Assembly: GCA_023488865.1 (NCBI GenBank)
Contig: JAMDDG010000033.1
Location: 1-44,658 of the forward strand
Reading direction: 5' to 3'
Length of the DNA stretch: 44,658 nt
Source: Bacteroidota bacterium
GTDB lineage: Bacteria > Bacteroidota > Bacteroidia > Bacteroidales > Prolixibacteraceae
Below the pieces are notes generated by a model. The model saw only the letters and a list, made by a program, of their open reading frames with translations. It was not told the DNA's origin and searched no databases. Position numbers and translations under genes: made by a program. Below, piece after piece: positions 36,399 through 44,658 of this stretch. Numbering within the stretch: position 1 is the first letter of the stretch; the number at the start of each line of letters is the position of its first letter.

Positions 36399-39300
36399 TT
36401 AAAAATTAGCCTGAATACCGAATACAAAAGACTTTGCCGCAGGATAGGTCCCATTATCATAAAAATAATCATTGCTGCTGCCATAGCTATTTGATTCCGG
36501 ATCCCATCCTTCATATTTTGTTATGGTAATCAGATTGTTAGCAGTAATATAAGCTCTTAAGCTATTTATGAATTTGTATTTAGGAAATGTATAGCCCAGT
36601 GTAATATTTTTTAGGCGTATATAGGAATTATCTTCTACATATCTGTCTGTCAAAGGTAGTCTTCCGCCCTGGTTACCTTTTACAAAATCATTACTGGGAT
36701 TAGTTGTAGACCACCTGTCTGCCAGTCCGGCAAGCACATTGGCCTGGCCTAAAGGATTTTCAAAGGTGTAGCGAAATGCATTAAATAATTTACTCCCCTG
36801 CACACCTTGCAAGAAGCCACTAAAATCAAAATTAAGGTAGCTTAAAGAAGTAGAAAAACCAAAGAAATATTTAGGTTGCGCATTGCCTACTATTACCAAA
36901 TCTTTTTGATCTATCTTTCCATCACCATTAATATCTTTAACTTTATAACCCCCCGTTTTCCCATCATAACCCGGCAAAATCGGTTCACCAGTTTGATTGA
37001 TTCCATCAGACAAATACGTTCTGTAAACCCCCAATGGTTCTCCCACCTTTAAAATAGAAAAGCTTGATCTTGCAATTTCATTCTGAGTACCATCTAAAGT
37101 CAAAACTTTATTTTTATTGAAGGTAATGTTGCCTGAAGCATCCCATTTTAATTGACCCGTTAGAATCCTGCCAGTGACCGCTAATTCAACTCCTTTATTT
37201 TCTAAAGACCCATAATTACCGGTTATGGACGTATAGCCGGAGGAAAGTGGAATTGATTTAGTGAACAGCAAATCATTTGTACGCTTATTATAATAATCTG
37301 CTACTATATTAAGGCGATCCTTAAAGATAGCCATATCTAAACCAATATCGTATTGAGTGCTTTTCTCCCATCTTAAATCTGCATTGGGTATACGATCCGG
37401 GGAAATACCCGAAACAATTGTGTTATTAAAAATATAATTTTGGGGACCCCCATAGCTTACTGTTGCAAGTGATTGATAAGGTCCTATGGCAGCAGCATTT
37501 CCAGTAGTACCATAACTTCCTCTCAATTTTAAATCACTGAAAAAAGCTAAAGGCTTCATAAAGCTTTCTTCAATTATCCTCCATGCCAGCGAGACCGCAG
37601 GGAAAAACCCGTATTTATGATTTTTGCCAAACTTGCTTGCGCCATCTGCTCTTGCGGTTAGATCAAGAAAGTATCTGTCTTTATAACCATAAGCTATACG
37701 GCCCATATAAGAGTCTAATGCGCTTTTACTTTTATAACTTGAGGTTTTCATCACCGCTGCCCCGTTTGTGGCCCAGTTTTCATTTATATCATTTCCAAAG
37801 CCGCTGGCAGTCTGATTATTACTCTGATATATATCTGTTTGGGAACCAAGTACAGCCGTAATATTTAAAGAATGATTCTGCTGGAATAAGGTTTTATAGG
37901 TAAGAATACTTTCGTGTAACAATGATCTGCTGTATCCACTGTAATTTCCGGCACTTCCGCTATTGACAAGAGGATTTGCAAGTGACGCAGCGTCAACTAT
38001 AGAGCGGGGTGAATACACTTCGTTCAGACCTGATACCAGATCTGCATTAAAAACTGCCCGGTAATTTAAGCCTTTGAGAATATTTACTTCCAGGTAAGCG
38101 TTGGCCAGGAAACGGTTGGTAGCGTTATAATTTTTAACGGCTAAAGCCCCTAATGGATTAGTTACCTCTTTATATCTTCCATCATACTGGTCGGCAAAAG
38201 GGAAAATACTTCCATCCTCTCTATAAGGCTGAAGAGTAGGAGGAGCACCTACAGCCATCCCTAATAAGCCTCCCCTGGCAGCAGAAACATCCACATTTGT
38301 ACCTCCTGCCTGTATTCTGTTCTCATTAATTACAGTATAATAAAGGCTTGTACCAACTTTAAAGCGGTCGCTTATTTTGTGATCAAGGTTGACACGCAAA
38401 GCATATCTTTTATAATCACTATTCTTTATAACCCCTTCCTGGTTAAAATAATTAGCACCTAAAGCAATCTGTGTTTTATCGTTTCCACCGGTTAGGGATA
38501 ACTGATGATTTTGAATAATGGCTTTACGGAAAATCATTTCCTGCCAGTTTACACCTGTTCCGTATAAGCTGGGGTCAGCATACACAGGATTCGGGGCATA
38601 TATTTCATTTTCCAATTGTGCAAACTGGGTAGCATTCAGTACAGGCATTCTTTTTGTTACCTCCTGCTGCCCGAAATAGGCATCATACGCAACCTTTGTA
38701 ACACCGTCTTTCCCTCGTTTGGTAGTTATCAAAACAACACCATTGGCAGCCCTTGCCCCGTAAATAGCTGTGGCCGATGCATCCTTTAATATTTCCACCG
38801 ATTCTATATCAGACGGATTAATTTGTGAAAGCGGATTGGCGACATTAATTCCTGAAGAAGCAGAAATTTGTATACCGTCTACAACATAAAGTGGTTCAGA
38901 ACTTCCATTAATGGAATTCGTTCCCCTGATTTTTACACTAATATTTCCACCCGGCAAACCAGAATTTTGCCTCATATCCAACCCCGCCACCCTGCCCTGC
39001 AGGCCTTGTGCCAGGTTGGCAATAGGGATTTCTTTTATACTGGCTGTTTTAATAGATGCAATTGAACCGGTTATGGATCTTTTCTGCCTCGTTCCATAAC
39101 CAATCGCAACAACCTCACCGAGTCCAATCATGGATTGCTTTAACTGAAGATTGACAACATTGGTTTTGCTAACATCAACTTCCTGATTTTCGAAGCCGAT
39201 AAAAGAAAACTGAAGTACGTTTTTTCCAGCCGGAACAGAGATTTTGAAGTTTCCATCAGGATCTGTAATTTTACCAATAGTGGTACCTTTTACGATCACA

Positions 39301-39419
39301 TTCACACCAGGAAGTGCCTCCAAGTTTTCGTCGGTCACACGTCCGGTAACTCTCTTTTCCTGTGCAAACAGCACCGTAAAAGGGAGCAACAGCATTAATA
39401 GCGAAAAGATTTTTTTCAT
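36399..39419 (-). CDS. susC: SusC/RagA-family TonB-dependent transporter
   Basis: 1006 aa with a carboxypeptidase-regulatory-like N-domain (GRVTDE..PGVNVIVKGT), plug, barrel and C-terminal aromatic residue. Confidence 0.93.
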   Translation of the reverse strand: MKKIFSLLMLLLPFTVLFAQEKRVTGRVTDENLEALPGVNVIVKGTTIGKITDPDGNFKISVPAGKNVLQFSFIGFENQEVDVSKTNVVNLQLKQSMIGLGEVVAIGYGTRQKRSITGSIASIKTASIKEIPIANLAQGLQGRVAGLDMRQNSGLPGGNISVKIRGTNSINGSSEPLYVVDGIQISASSGINVANPLSQINPSDIESVEILKDASATAIYGARAANGVVLITTKRGKDGVTKVAYDAYFGQQEVTKRMPVLNATQFAQLENEIYAPNPVYADPSLYGTGVNWQEMIFRKAIIQNHQLSLTGGNDKTQIALGANYFNQEGVIKNSDYKRYALRVNLDHKISDRFKVGTSLYYTVINENRIQAGGTNVDVSAARGGLLGMAVGAPPTLQPYREDGSIFPFADQYDGRYKEVTNPLGALAVKNYNATNRFLANAYLEVNILKGLNYRAVFNADLVSGLNEVYSPRSIVDAASLANPLVNSGSAGNYSGYSRSLLHESILTYKTLFQQNHSLNITAVLGSQTDIYQSNNQTASGFGNDINENWATNGAAVMKTSSYKSKSALDSYMGRIAYGYKDRYFLDLTARADGASKFGKNHKYGFFPAVSLAWRIIEESFMKPLAFFSDLKLRGSYGTTGNAAAIGPYQSLATVSYGGPQNYIFNNTIVSGISPDRIPNADLRWEKSTQYDIGLDMAIFKDRLNIVADYYNKRTNDLLFTKSIPLSSGYTSITGNYGSLENKGVELAVTGRILTGQLKWDASGNITFNKNKVLTLDGTQNEIARSSFSILKVGEPLGVYRTYLSDGINQTGEPILPGYDGKTGGYKVKDINGDGKIDQKDLVIVGNAQPKYFFGFSTSLSYLNFDFSGFLQGVQGSKLFNAFRYTFENPLGQANVLAGLADRWSTTNPSNDFVKGNQGGRLPLTDRYVEDNSYIRLKNITLGYTFPKYKFINSLRAYITANNLITITKYEGWDPESNSYGSSNDYFYDNGTYPAAKSFVFGIQANF

Positions 39420-39445
39420 AGTTTTTAAAATTAAATTTAGAACGA

Positions 39446-41725
39446 TTAATCAATATATACTTCAAAAATTGAAGCAGGTACATTCGTATTTGGATGTTTA
39501 AATTCGAACTTTAAGAGTTCAGCATTCAATCCATTTTGAGGTATCCAGCGGTTAATGGTCTGATGGTTGTCTGTTTTTTCAAAAAGGAGTTTCCCGTTTT
39601 CATCCAGTATCCTGTATTCTTGAATGCAGAATGGAATCACATCTTCGAGATGCCCCATTTGTGTTGATTCCATCGGGTGATCGAAATCGGTGTCGAAGAA
39701 AAGTGTTACTGAATTGATATTTTTTGGTCCATCCCATTTTAAGGTCAGGCTCGGATTTGCATCATTCCATTCGGCTACCCATGCATTCGATTGAATGTAA
39801 GGACGGGTATATCCGTTGGTTGCATTATCCTTTTGGCAACAGTTCAATGCAGGAGAAATCGACATGGCAATGTTTTGCCCTTTTGGACGCCGTTCCGGAC
39901 ACCAGAATTCAAACGATTCGAATCCACTATTTGCAGGTGGTATTTGTTTGCCGTGATTGTTTACTGAAGGGTTTGATTTATTGAAAACTGAGACAATCCC
40001 GGAGATGCGTTTTTCGCTGCAACGGATTTTTACATCCGGATTACTGCGAAAAATCAAAAATCCGTATTGATCTTCTTTTAAAGTGTTCTGAAAGGAGATC
40101 TCAACGTTTTGTTGTCTTGGTTTTAACTCAACAATTTGTTTGTCAATTAAAACATCAGGAGTATAGTTGAATATTTTTGAGCTTGTCTGCAACTCCACTT
40201 CAAGAGAAGTTGTCATTCTAGCTTCAACCGATACTTCAAAGCTGTATTGAACATCCTTTTTCAGCGGGAACAATTGACCGGCAGAAATTTTCAGTTCCAA
40301 CCAATCGCCATCAAACGGAATCTGGTCGAGAACCAATTCGCTTGAAGCTTCGATTTTAGCTTCCGCAGCTAAATTTTCTTTCTGATCGATTGGAACTCCC
40401 GGAATACTTTGTCCATTGATGTTTAACTTTTGCTGAAGGATTTTAATGTTTTCAGTTTTGGCAAAATCTGCCGGTTTCATATCCAGTTGCTTACACAAAA
40501 CTGCGCCCATTCCAATAGCCTGTGCACCATGGGCAGACGTTGCCATTACACGGGTTGAGCCAAATGCCACATGCGAAGCGCTAATCAATCGGCCTGCAAT
40601 AAACAGGTTTTTGATGTCTTTGCTGAATAAACAGCGGTATGGTATTTCATAAATTCCTTTCGAATGGTACTGGTTACAACCCGGCAATTCAGAGAAAATA
40701 CCATCAGCCGGATGCAAGTCGATAGCCCAGCCACCGAATGAAACGGCATCATAGAAATGTGCCTGTTCCACGATATCCTGCTGTTTAAGCATATATTCTC
40801 CTTCAAACCGTCTGCTTTCGCGTTTGCCCGGAATTGTACCTACCCATTCCAAAGTAAGATTCTCCGAATCAGGAAATTTTCCTGAGTTTTTAATGTAATC
40901 CCAAACTCCGTATAGCACACTCCAGAGTTCCCATTTAATCTCTTCAGTATCGTGAATGGTATCACCTCGTCCGCCAAACTCGAACCACCATAAATTACAG
41001 CCCATATCTTCCGTTTTTATATTCTTGAAACGGGGGATTTTATTGATGTCCTTCAGTGCATAAGAAGGGGCAACATATTTTACTGGGCGTCCGGTGTCTT
41101 TGCTGTAGAAATAAATGGTATGTCCTAAAAGTTCACCATATTCGTCGGTAGGAGTAAAACCTTCGCCAAATTCACTTTTGCCTTCGGCTCCCATACGAAA
41201 GGAAGCACCAGCACCAAAAGCTACAATTCCATCGCCTGATGCATCGCAGAATATGGGAGCGCTAAGGATATATTCAGTAGAATTTTGACTGCAAAAGGCT
41301 TTCAATGAGGAAATATTCACATCATCTTTTTTCTCAACTTCATAAACCATGGTATTGAGTAACAAGGTAATATTTATTTCGTTTTTAACTTTTTCAAGCA
41401 AAATGGTATCAAAAATGACTGCATTCCCTTCTTTATTGCGATAGAGGTTTTCAACCAGAATTTCGTCAATAACACCGCCTTCACGAGCCCAGCGGTTATT
41501 GTTACCCATGTGCGATGTTGCACCAAGAACCCAAAGCCTTACTTCGCTCGATCCGTTTCCGCCCAATACCGGTCTGTCCTGAATAAGTGTAACCTTGATC
41601 CCGTTGCGAGCAGCTGTAATAGCAGTACAGGTTCCAGCCATTCCTCCTCCAACCACCACGAGGTCAGATTTGAGCAAGACTAGCGCATTTCCACGTTTTT
41701 CATGGGATAAATTTTCTTTTCTCAT
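39446..41725 (-). CDS. FAD-dependent oxidoreductase-like protein (PF12831-like N-domain) with a ~300-aa C-terminal beta-rich region, no signal peptide
   Basis: Dinucleotide motif VVVGGGMAGTCTAITAARNG..V.LIQDRPVLGGNGSSE at the N-terminus. 759 aa with no leader or lipobox. The family assignment is by motif only. Confidence 0.7.
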   Translation of the reverse strand: MRKENLSHEKRGNALVLLKSDLVVVGGGMAGTCTAITAARNGIKVTLIQDRPVLGGNGSSEVRLWVLGATSHMGNNNRWAREGGVIDEILVENLYRNKEGNAVIFDTILLEKVKNEINITLLLNTMVYEVEKKDDVNISSLKAFCSQNSTEYILSAPIFCDASGDGIVAFGAGASFRMGAEGKSEFGEGFTPTDEYGELLGHTIYFYSKDTGRPVKYVAPSYALKDINKIPRFKNIKTEDMGCNLWWFEFGGRGDTIHDTEEIKWELWSVLYGVWDYIKNSGKFPDSENLTLEWVGTIPGKRESRRFEGEYMLKQQDIVEQAHFYDAVSFGGWAIDLHPADGIFSELPGCNQYHSKGIYEIPYRCLFSKDIKNLFIAGRLISASHVAFGSTRVMATSAHGAQAIGMGAVLCKQLDMKPADFAKTENIKILQQKLNINGQSIPGVPIDQKENLAAEAKIEASSELVLDQIPFDGDWLELKISAGQLFPLKKDVQYSFEVSVEARMTTSLEVELQTSSKIFNYTPDVLIDKQIVELKPRQQNVEISFQNTLKEDQYGFLIFRSNPDVKIRCSEKRISGIVSVFNKSNPSVNNHGKQIPPANSGFESFEFWCPERRPKGQNIAMSISPALNCCQKDNATNGYTRPYIQSNAWVAEWNDANPSLTLKWDGPKNINSVTLFFDTDFDHPMESTQMGHLEDVIPFCIQEYRILDENGKLLFEKTDNHQTINRWIPQNGLNAELLKFEFKHPNTNVPASIFEVYID

Positions 41726-41741
41726 AAAAATATAAGTTACT

Positions 41742-43418
41742 CTATTTGAGTGTTTTATAAAGTGTTCGAATTCCGATCAGGAGCAAGAGGAAAGCCATGC
41801 CCAAGACATAAATTTTTCCGTTGGCCGACATCAGCCCCAAAGCGCCAACGATTAGTCCGGTAGTGAGAATTCCGATAGAAATCATCCGTTTCCCAAACCT
41901 GTTTTCACCTTCCGAATCAATTGTTTGATCAGGAGACTCAGCCTTAACAGCTTTAACAGATAAATAGCGCTGGTAATTCTCAAATTCAGTAGCAGGACTA
42001 TTTTTTAGTCGTAACCAAATCTCGAAAAACGCAATTATTGAAACCGGAACCAAAACTCCCATCACCATTTCAGCAGCCCTTGACAAAGAATTTCCGGTAA
42101 TAGACGGGATTATAAACTTATAGGCCAATGATATAGCGAGTGCAAGAATAGTTGTTCCGAGAACCGTATAACTGTTTTGCTTTTTTGAGAATAAAGTCCA
42201 GATTAACGGAAAATACATGGCGCCACCGGTAATGGAAGCCACGCTTAGAATCACGTTGGTTGCCCCGCCCATCAACGGCACCAGCATACCAACCACAATT
42301 ACAATGATACCCATACAAAGGGTTGCAATCCGCGCCACACGCATCAACAGTTTTTCGGAAGACTGCGGGTAGATATTCTTAAATAAATCGTTTGTAATTA
42401 CCCCGGCTGAAATGTTTAGAAAACCCTGCACCGAACTGTTGGTTGCGAAAATGAGGCTTATCGTAATCAGACCCAACATTCCCGAAGGCAGAACCGTTTT
42501 ACACATTTGCATATAAGCCTGCTCACTTTCAATACCGACAAGGCCCGGATTAAGCGCTCTGTAAATCATGGGGGGCAACATCCAGATTACCGGACTTGCG
42601 ATATAAAATAAACCAAACAAAATTCCTACTTTTTTTGATTCTTTTGGTGTGGCCACACTGGTGTAACGTTGTATGAAACTCCATTGTCCACCCAGATAAA
42701 AGATATTGTAAAACATAAAACCCAGCAGGAAACTAATGGTGTATTTGTGATCACTCAGATTAAAAAAGTCAGGAAGCTGCTGGGCATGGATGGCATTAAC
42801 AAACGACGACACTCCTCCAATTTTGTCGAATGACAACGGGAGTAAAATCAGTCCAGCCGAAAGAAGAATGATAAACTGTAAAACATCGGTAACTACAACG
42901 GCCCACAATCCGCCAAATGTGGTGTAAAGAACCACAATGGCACCGAGCAATCCGATCCACCAATACAGGGAAATTCCGGTGGCAACCTGCAAAATAATGG
43001 CAACCGCATACAAGCAGACTCCTTTCAGAAAAACCATGATGAATAAATAAATATAGGAGTAGGTTTTTTGTGTACGAATGCCTAAGCGGTTACAAATATA
43101 TTCGGCAGCAGTTAACGACTTAGTTTTGTGCCACTTTGGTGCAATAAAAATACCTGTAACCAAACCGGCCACAGACATGGCCCATTGTATGGAAATAGCC
43201 ACCCAACCTGAAGAATAAGCAATAGAGCCCCAAACCACAAAGGTGCTGGCTGATACAAATCCCATGAACAAGGATAAACTGTTAATCCACCATGGGACGG
43301 CGCCTCCCGCAGCAAAAAAAGAAACCATATCACCACCCGATTTTCGGGAAAATGAAAGGCCAATGAAAATAATCAGAAGCGAAAAAAGTGCGATAACAAT
43401 ATAGTCGATACTGGTCAT
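41742..43418 (-). CDS. Sodium:solute symporter (SSS/SGLT) family transporter
   Basis: 558 aa, about 13-14 TM helices, SSS-like N-terminal pattern (GGA.PWW.N..S...). Confidence 0.85.
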   Translation of the reverse strand: MTSIDYIVIALFSLLIIFIGLSFSRKSGGDMVSFFAAGGAVPWWINSLSLFMGFVSASTFVVWGSIAYSSGWVAISIQWAMSVAGLVTGIFIAPKWHKTKSLTAAEYICNRLGIRTQKTYSYIYLFIMVFLKGVCLYAVAIILQVATGISLYWWIGLLGAIVVLYTTFGGLWAVVVTDVLQFIILLSAGLILLPLSFDKIGGVSSFVNAIHAQQLPDFFNLSDHKYTISFLLGFMFYNIFYLGGQWSFIQRYTSVATPKESKKVGILFGLFYIASPVIWMLPPMIYRALNPGLVGIESEQAYMQMCKTVLPSGMLGLITISLIFATNSSVQGFLNISAGVITNDLFKNIYPQSSEKLLMRVARIATLCMGIIVIVVGMLVPLMGGATNVILSVASITGGAMYFPLIWTLFSKKQNSYTVLGTTILALAISLAYKFIIPSITGNSLSRAAEMVMGVLVPVSIIAFFEIWLRLKNSPATEFENYQRYLSVKAVKAESPDQTIDSEGENRFGKRMISIGILTTGLIVGALGLMSANGKIYVLGMAFLLLLIGIRTLYKTLK

Positions 43419-43507
43419 GCAGTTAAATGTCTGTTTGGTTTAAGATTTACTGATGTAATTTTAATAAGGAAAGTGAAAAAAAATATCCAATTCAACCAGT
43501 ATATTTC

Positions 43508-43552
43508 CGGAAACGTTTCCGAAAACGTTTTTATTTTCCGGAAACGTTTCCG
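43508..43552. promoter_or_regulatory. Two identical LacI-type operator palindromes (CGGAAACGTTTCCG) plus a central AAAACGTTTT half-strength site
   Basis: Perfect 14-bp CG-centred palindromes at 43508-43521 and 43539-43552, inside the 21-nt direct repeat TTTCCGGAAACGTTTCCGAAA. AAAACGTTTT is at 43522-43531. They sit between the divergent LacI gene and the PUL operon. Confidence 0.6.
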
Positions 43553-43617
43553 AAAGTCAATTTTATTCATTAGTTTTACTGGCTTAACAGATATCTGACA
43601 ACCAAAACTTTTCGACA

Positions 43618-44634
43618 ATGAAGCATGTGACTATTAAAGATGTTGCTAAAAGATTGAATTGTTCCGTATCCACTATTTCACGGGCTTTTAATGATAAATA
43701 TGACATTAGGAAAGAAACACGAGAAATGATACTGGCTACCGCGAAAGAAATGGGTTATTCACCTAATCCGATTGCCAAAAGCCTGCTGAAGCAATGTTCC
43801 AATCAAATTGGGGTGGTTGTTCCTGAATTTATCAATCCCTTTTTTCCTGAAGTGATTATCGGTATTCAGGAAGTATTTCTGAAAAAAGGCTATCAGGTAC
43901 TGATCATGCAATCAAATGAATCACACATTACCGAATTGGAAAATGTAAAGACATTGGAAAACAATATGGTGGATGGAATGATTCTTTCACTATCGCTAGA
44001 AACGAAAAATGTGGACTACTATAAAGGTCTAATTAGCCAGGGTTTTCCGCTGGTTGTTTTCAATCGAATTTCAAACGAACTCGAAACACATAAAGTTATT
44101 TTCGACGACTATAAATGGGCTTTTTTTGCCACCGAACACCTTATTTATCAGGGGTATAAAAAATTAGTTCATTTTTCAGGCCCTTCAGTATTGGTTTTAT
44201 CGCAAAAACGAAAAAATGGTTTTCTTGATGCACTCCGAAAGCATAAAATACCAATTGATGAAAGTTCAATCATTGAAACCGGGTTTTTAGTCTCAGATGG
44301 AGAGCGGGAAATGGAAAAATTGATTAATAATAACAATCTCCCTGATGCCATATTTGCGGTAAACGACCCATCTGCCATAGGAGCCATGCTATCACTCAAA
44401 AAGCATGGTTATAAAATTCCTCAGGATGTTGCACTAGTTGGCTTTTCTGAAACAAAACTTGCGGAATTAATTGATCCCCCTTTAACCAGTGTGACACAGC
44501 CTACCCACGAAATCGGAAGAACTGCCGCCCATTTACTTCTGGAACAAATCGAATCGAAAGGAATTTTTGTTCCTCAAACAGTAATTCTTAATGGTAGGTT
44601 AAACGTAAGGGAATCGTCGATGAAAATGAATTAA
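43618..44634 (+). CDS. LacI/GalR-family transcriptional regulator
   Basis: N-terminal HTH (TIKDVAKRLNCSVSTISRAFN) and a periplasmic-binding-protein-like sugar domain. Confidence 0.9.
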   Translation: MKHVTIKDVAKRLNCSVSTISRAFNDKYDIRKETREMILATAKEMGYSPNPIAKSLLKQCSNQIGVVVPEFINPFFPEVIIGIQEVFLKKGYQVLIMQSNESHITELENVKTLENNMVDGMILSLSLETKNVDYYKGLISQGFPLVVFNRISNELETHKVIFDDYKWAFFATEHLIYQGYKKLVHFSGPSVLVLSQKRKNGFLDALRKHKIPIDESSIIETGFLVSDGEREMEKLINNNNLPDAIFAVNDPSAIGAMLSLKKHGYKIPQDVALVGFSETKLAELIDPPLTSVTQPTHEIGRTAAHLLLEQIESKGIFVPQTVILNGRLNVRESSMKMN

Positions 44635-44658
44635 TTTCTGATTGATTTAGGTTTCGCA

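Noticed and set aside
43415-43618. 67-aa minus-strand ORF covering the LacI/PUL intergenic region.
   Set aside because: It spans the operator palindromes and promoter region between divergent genes and has no supporting features, so the region is better explained as regulatory DNA.

Overview
This window looks like a Bacteroidota chromosomal segment: it has a SusC/SusD pair, a frdCAB-type succinate dehydrogenase, a 574-aa LysRS, TAnnTTTG-like promoter boxes and no Shine-Dalgarno usage. Positions 1-26 kb are mostly housekeeping genes: the recJ 5' end, lysS, gpsA, pgi, a pseudouridine synthase, sdhCAB, an LTA-synthase-like protein, two metallophosphoesterases, lepA, a two-component pair, rnc-fabF-acpP, purN, yraN and a truncated yjbR. 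An IS110-family element lies at about 26.2-27.8 kb. The rest (27.9-44.6 kb) is one minus-strand polysaccharide utilization locus (PUL) with the order SSS transporter, cytoplasmic FAD protein, SusC, SusD, GH5, GH16, GH5-FN3x2-FISUMP, GH5-FISUMPx2, plus a divergent LacI regulator. I found no rRNA, tRNA, CRISPR array or recognisable defence system.

Main second-look items:
- **PUL architecture.** Three GH5 paralogues carry Fibrobacter-type (FISUMP) modules, a leaderless 759-aa FAD enzyme and an SSS transporter head the operon, and twin palindromic operators suggest LacI control.
- **Intergenic repeats.** A family of short-period, word-like mosaic repeats starts within a few nt of stop codons. It includes 47-bp inverted repeats bracketing yraN.
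- **IS110 element.** It has roughly 90-bp repeats in its non-coding ends, making a bridge-RNA candidate, and an A9 frameshift in the transposase.
- **Tandem duplications.** Three of them (146 bp and 25 bp in pgi, 124 bp in fabF) break housekeeping genes. The copies differ almost only at synonymous sites, which points to strain-chimeric assembly rather than real pseudogenes.

All family assignments come from motif recognition by eye. No searches were run.
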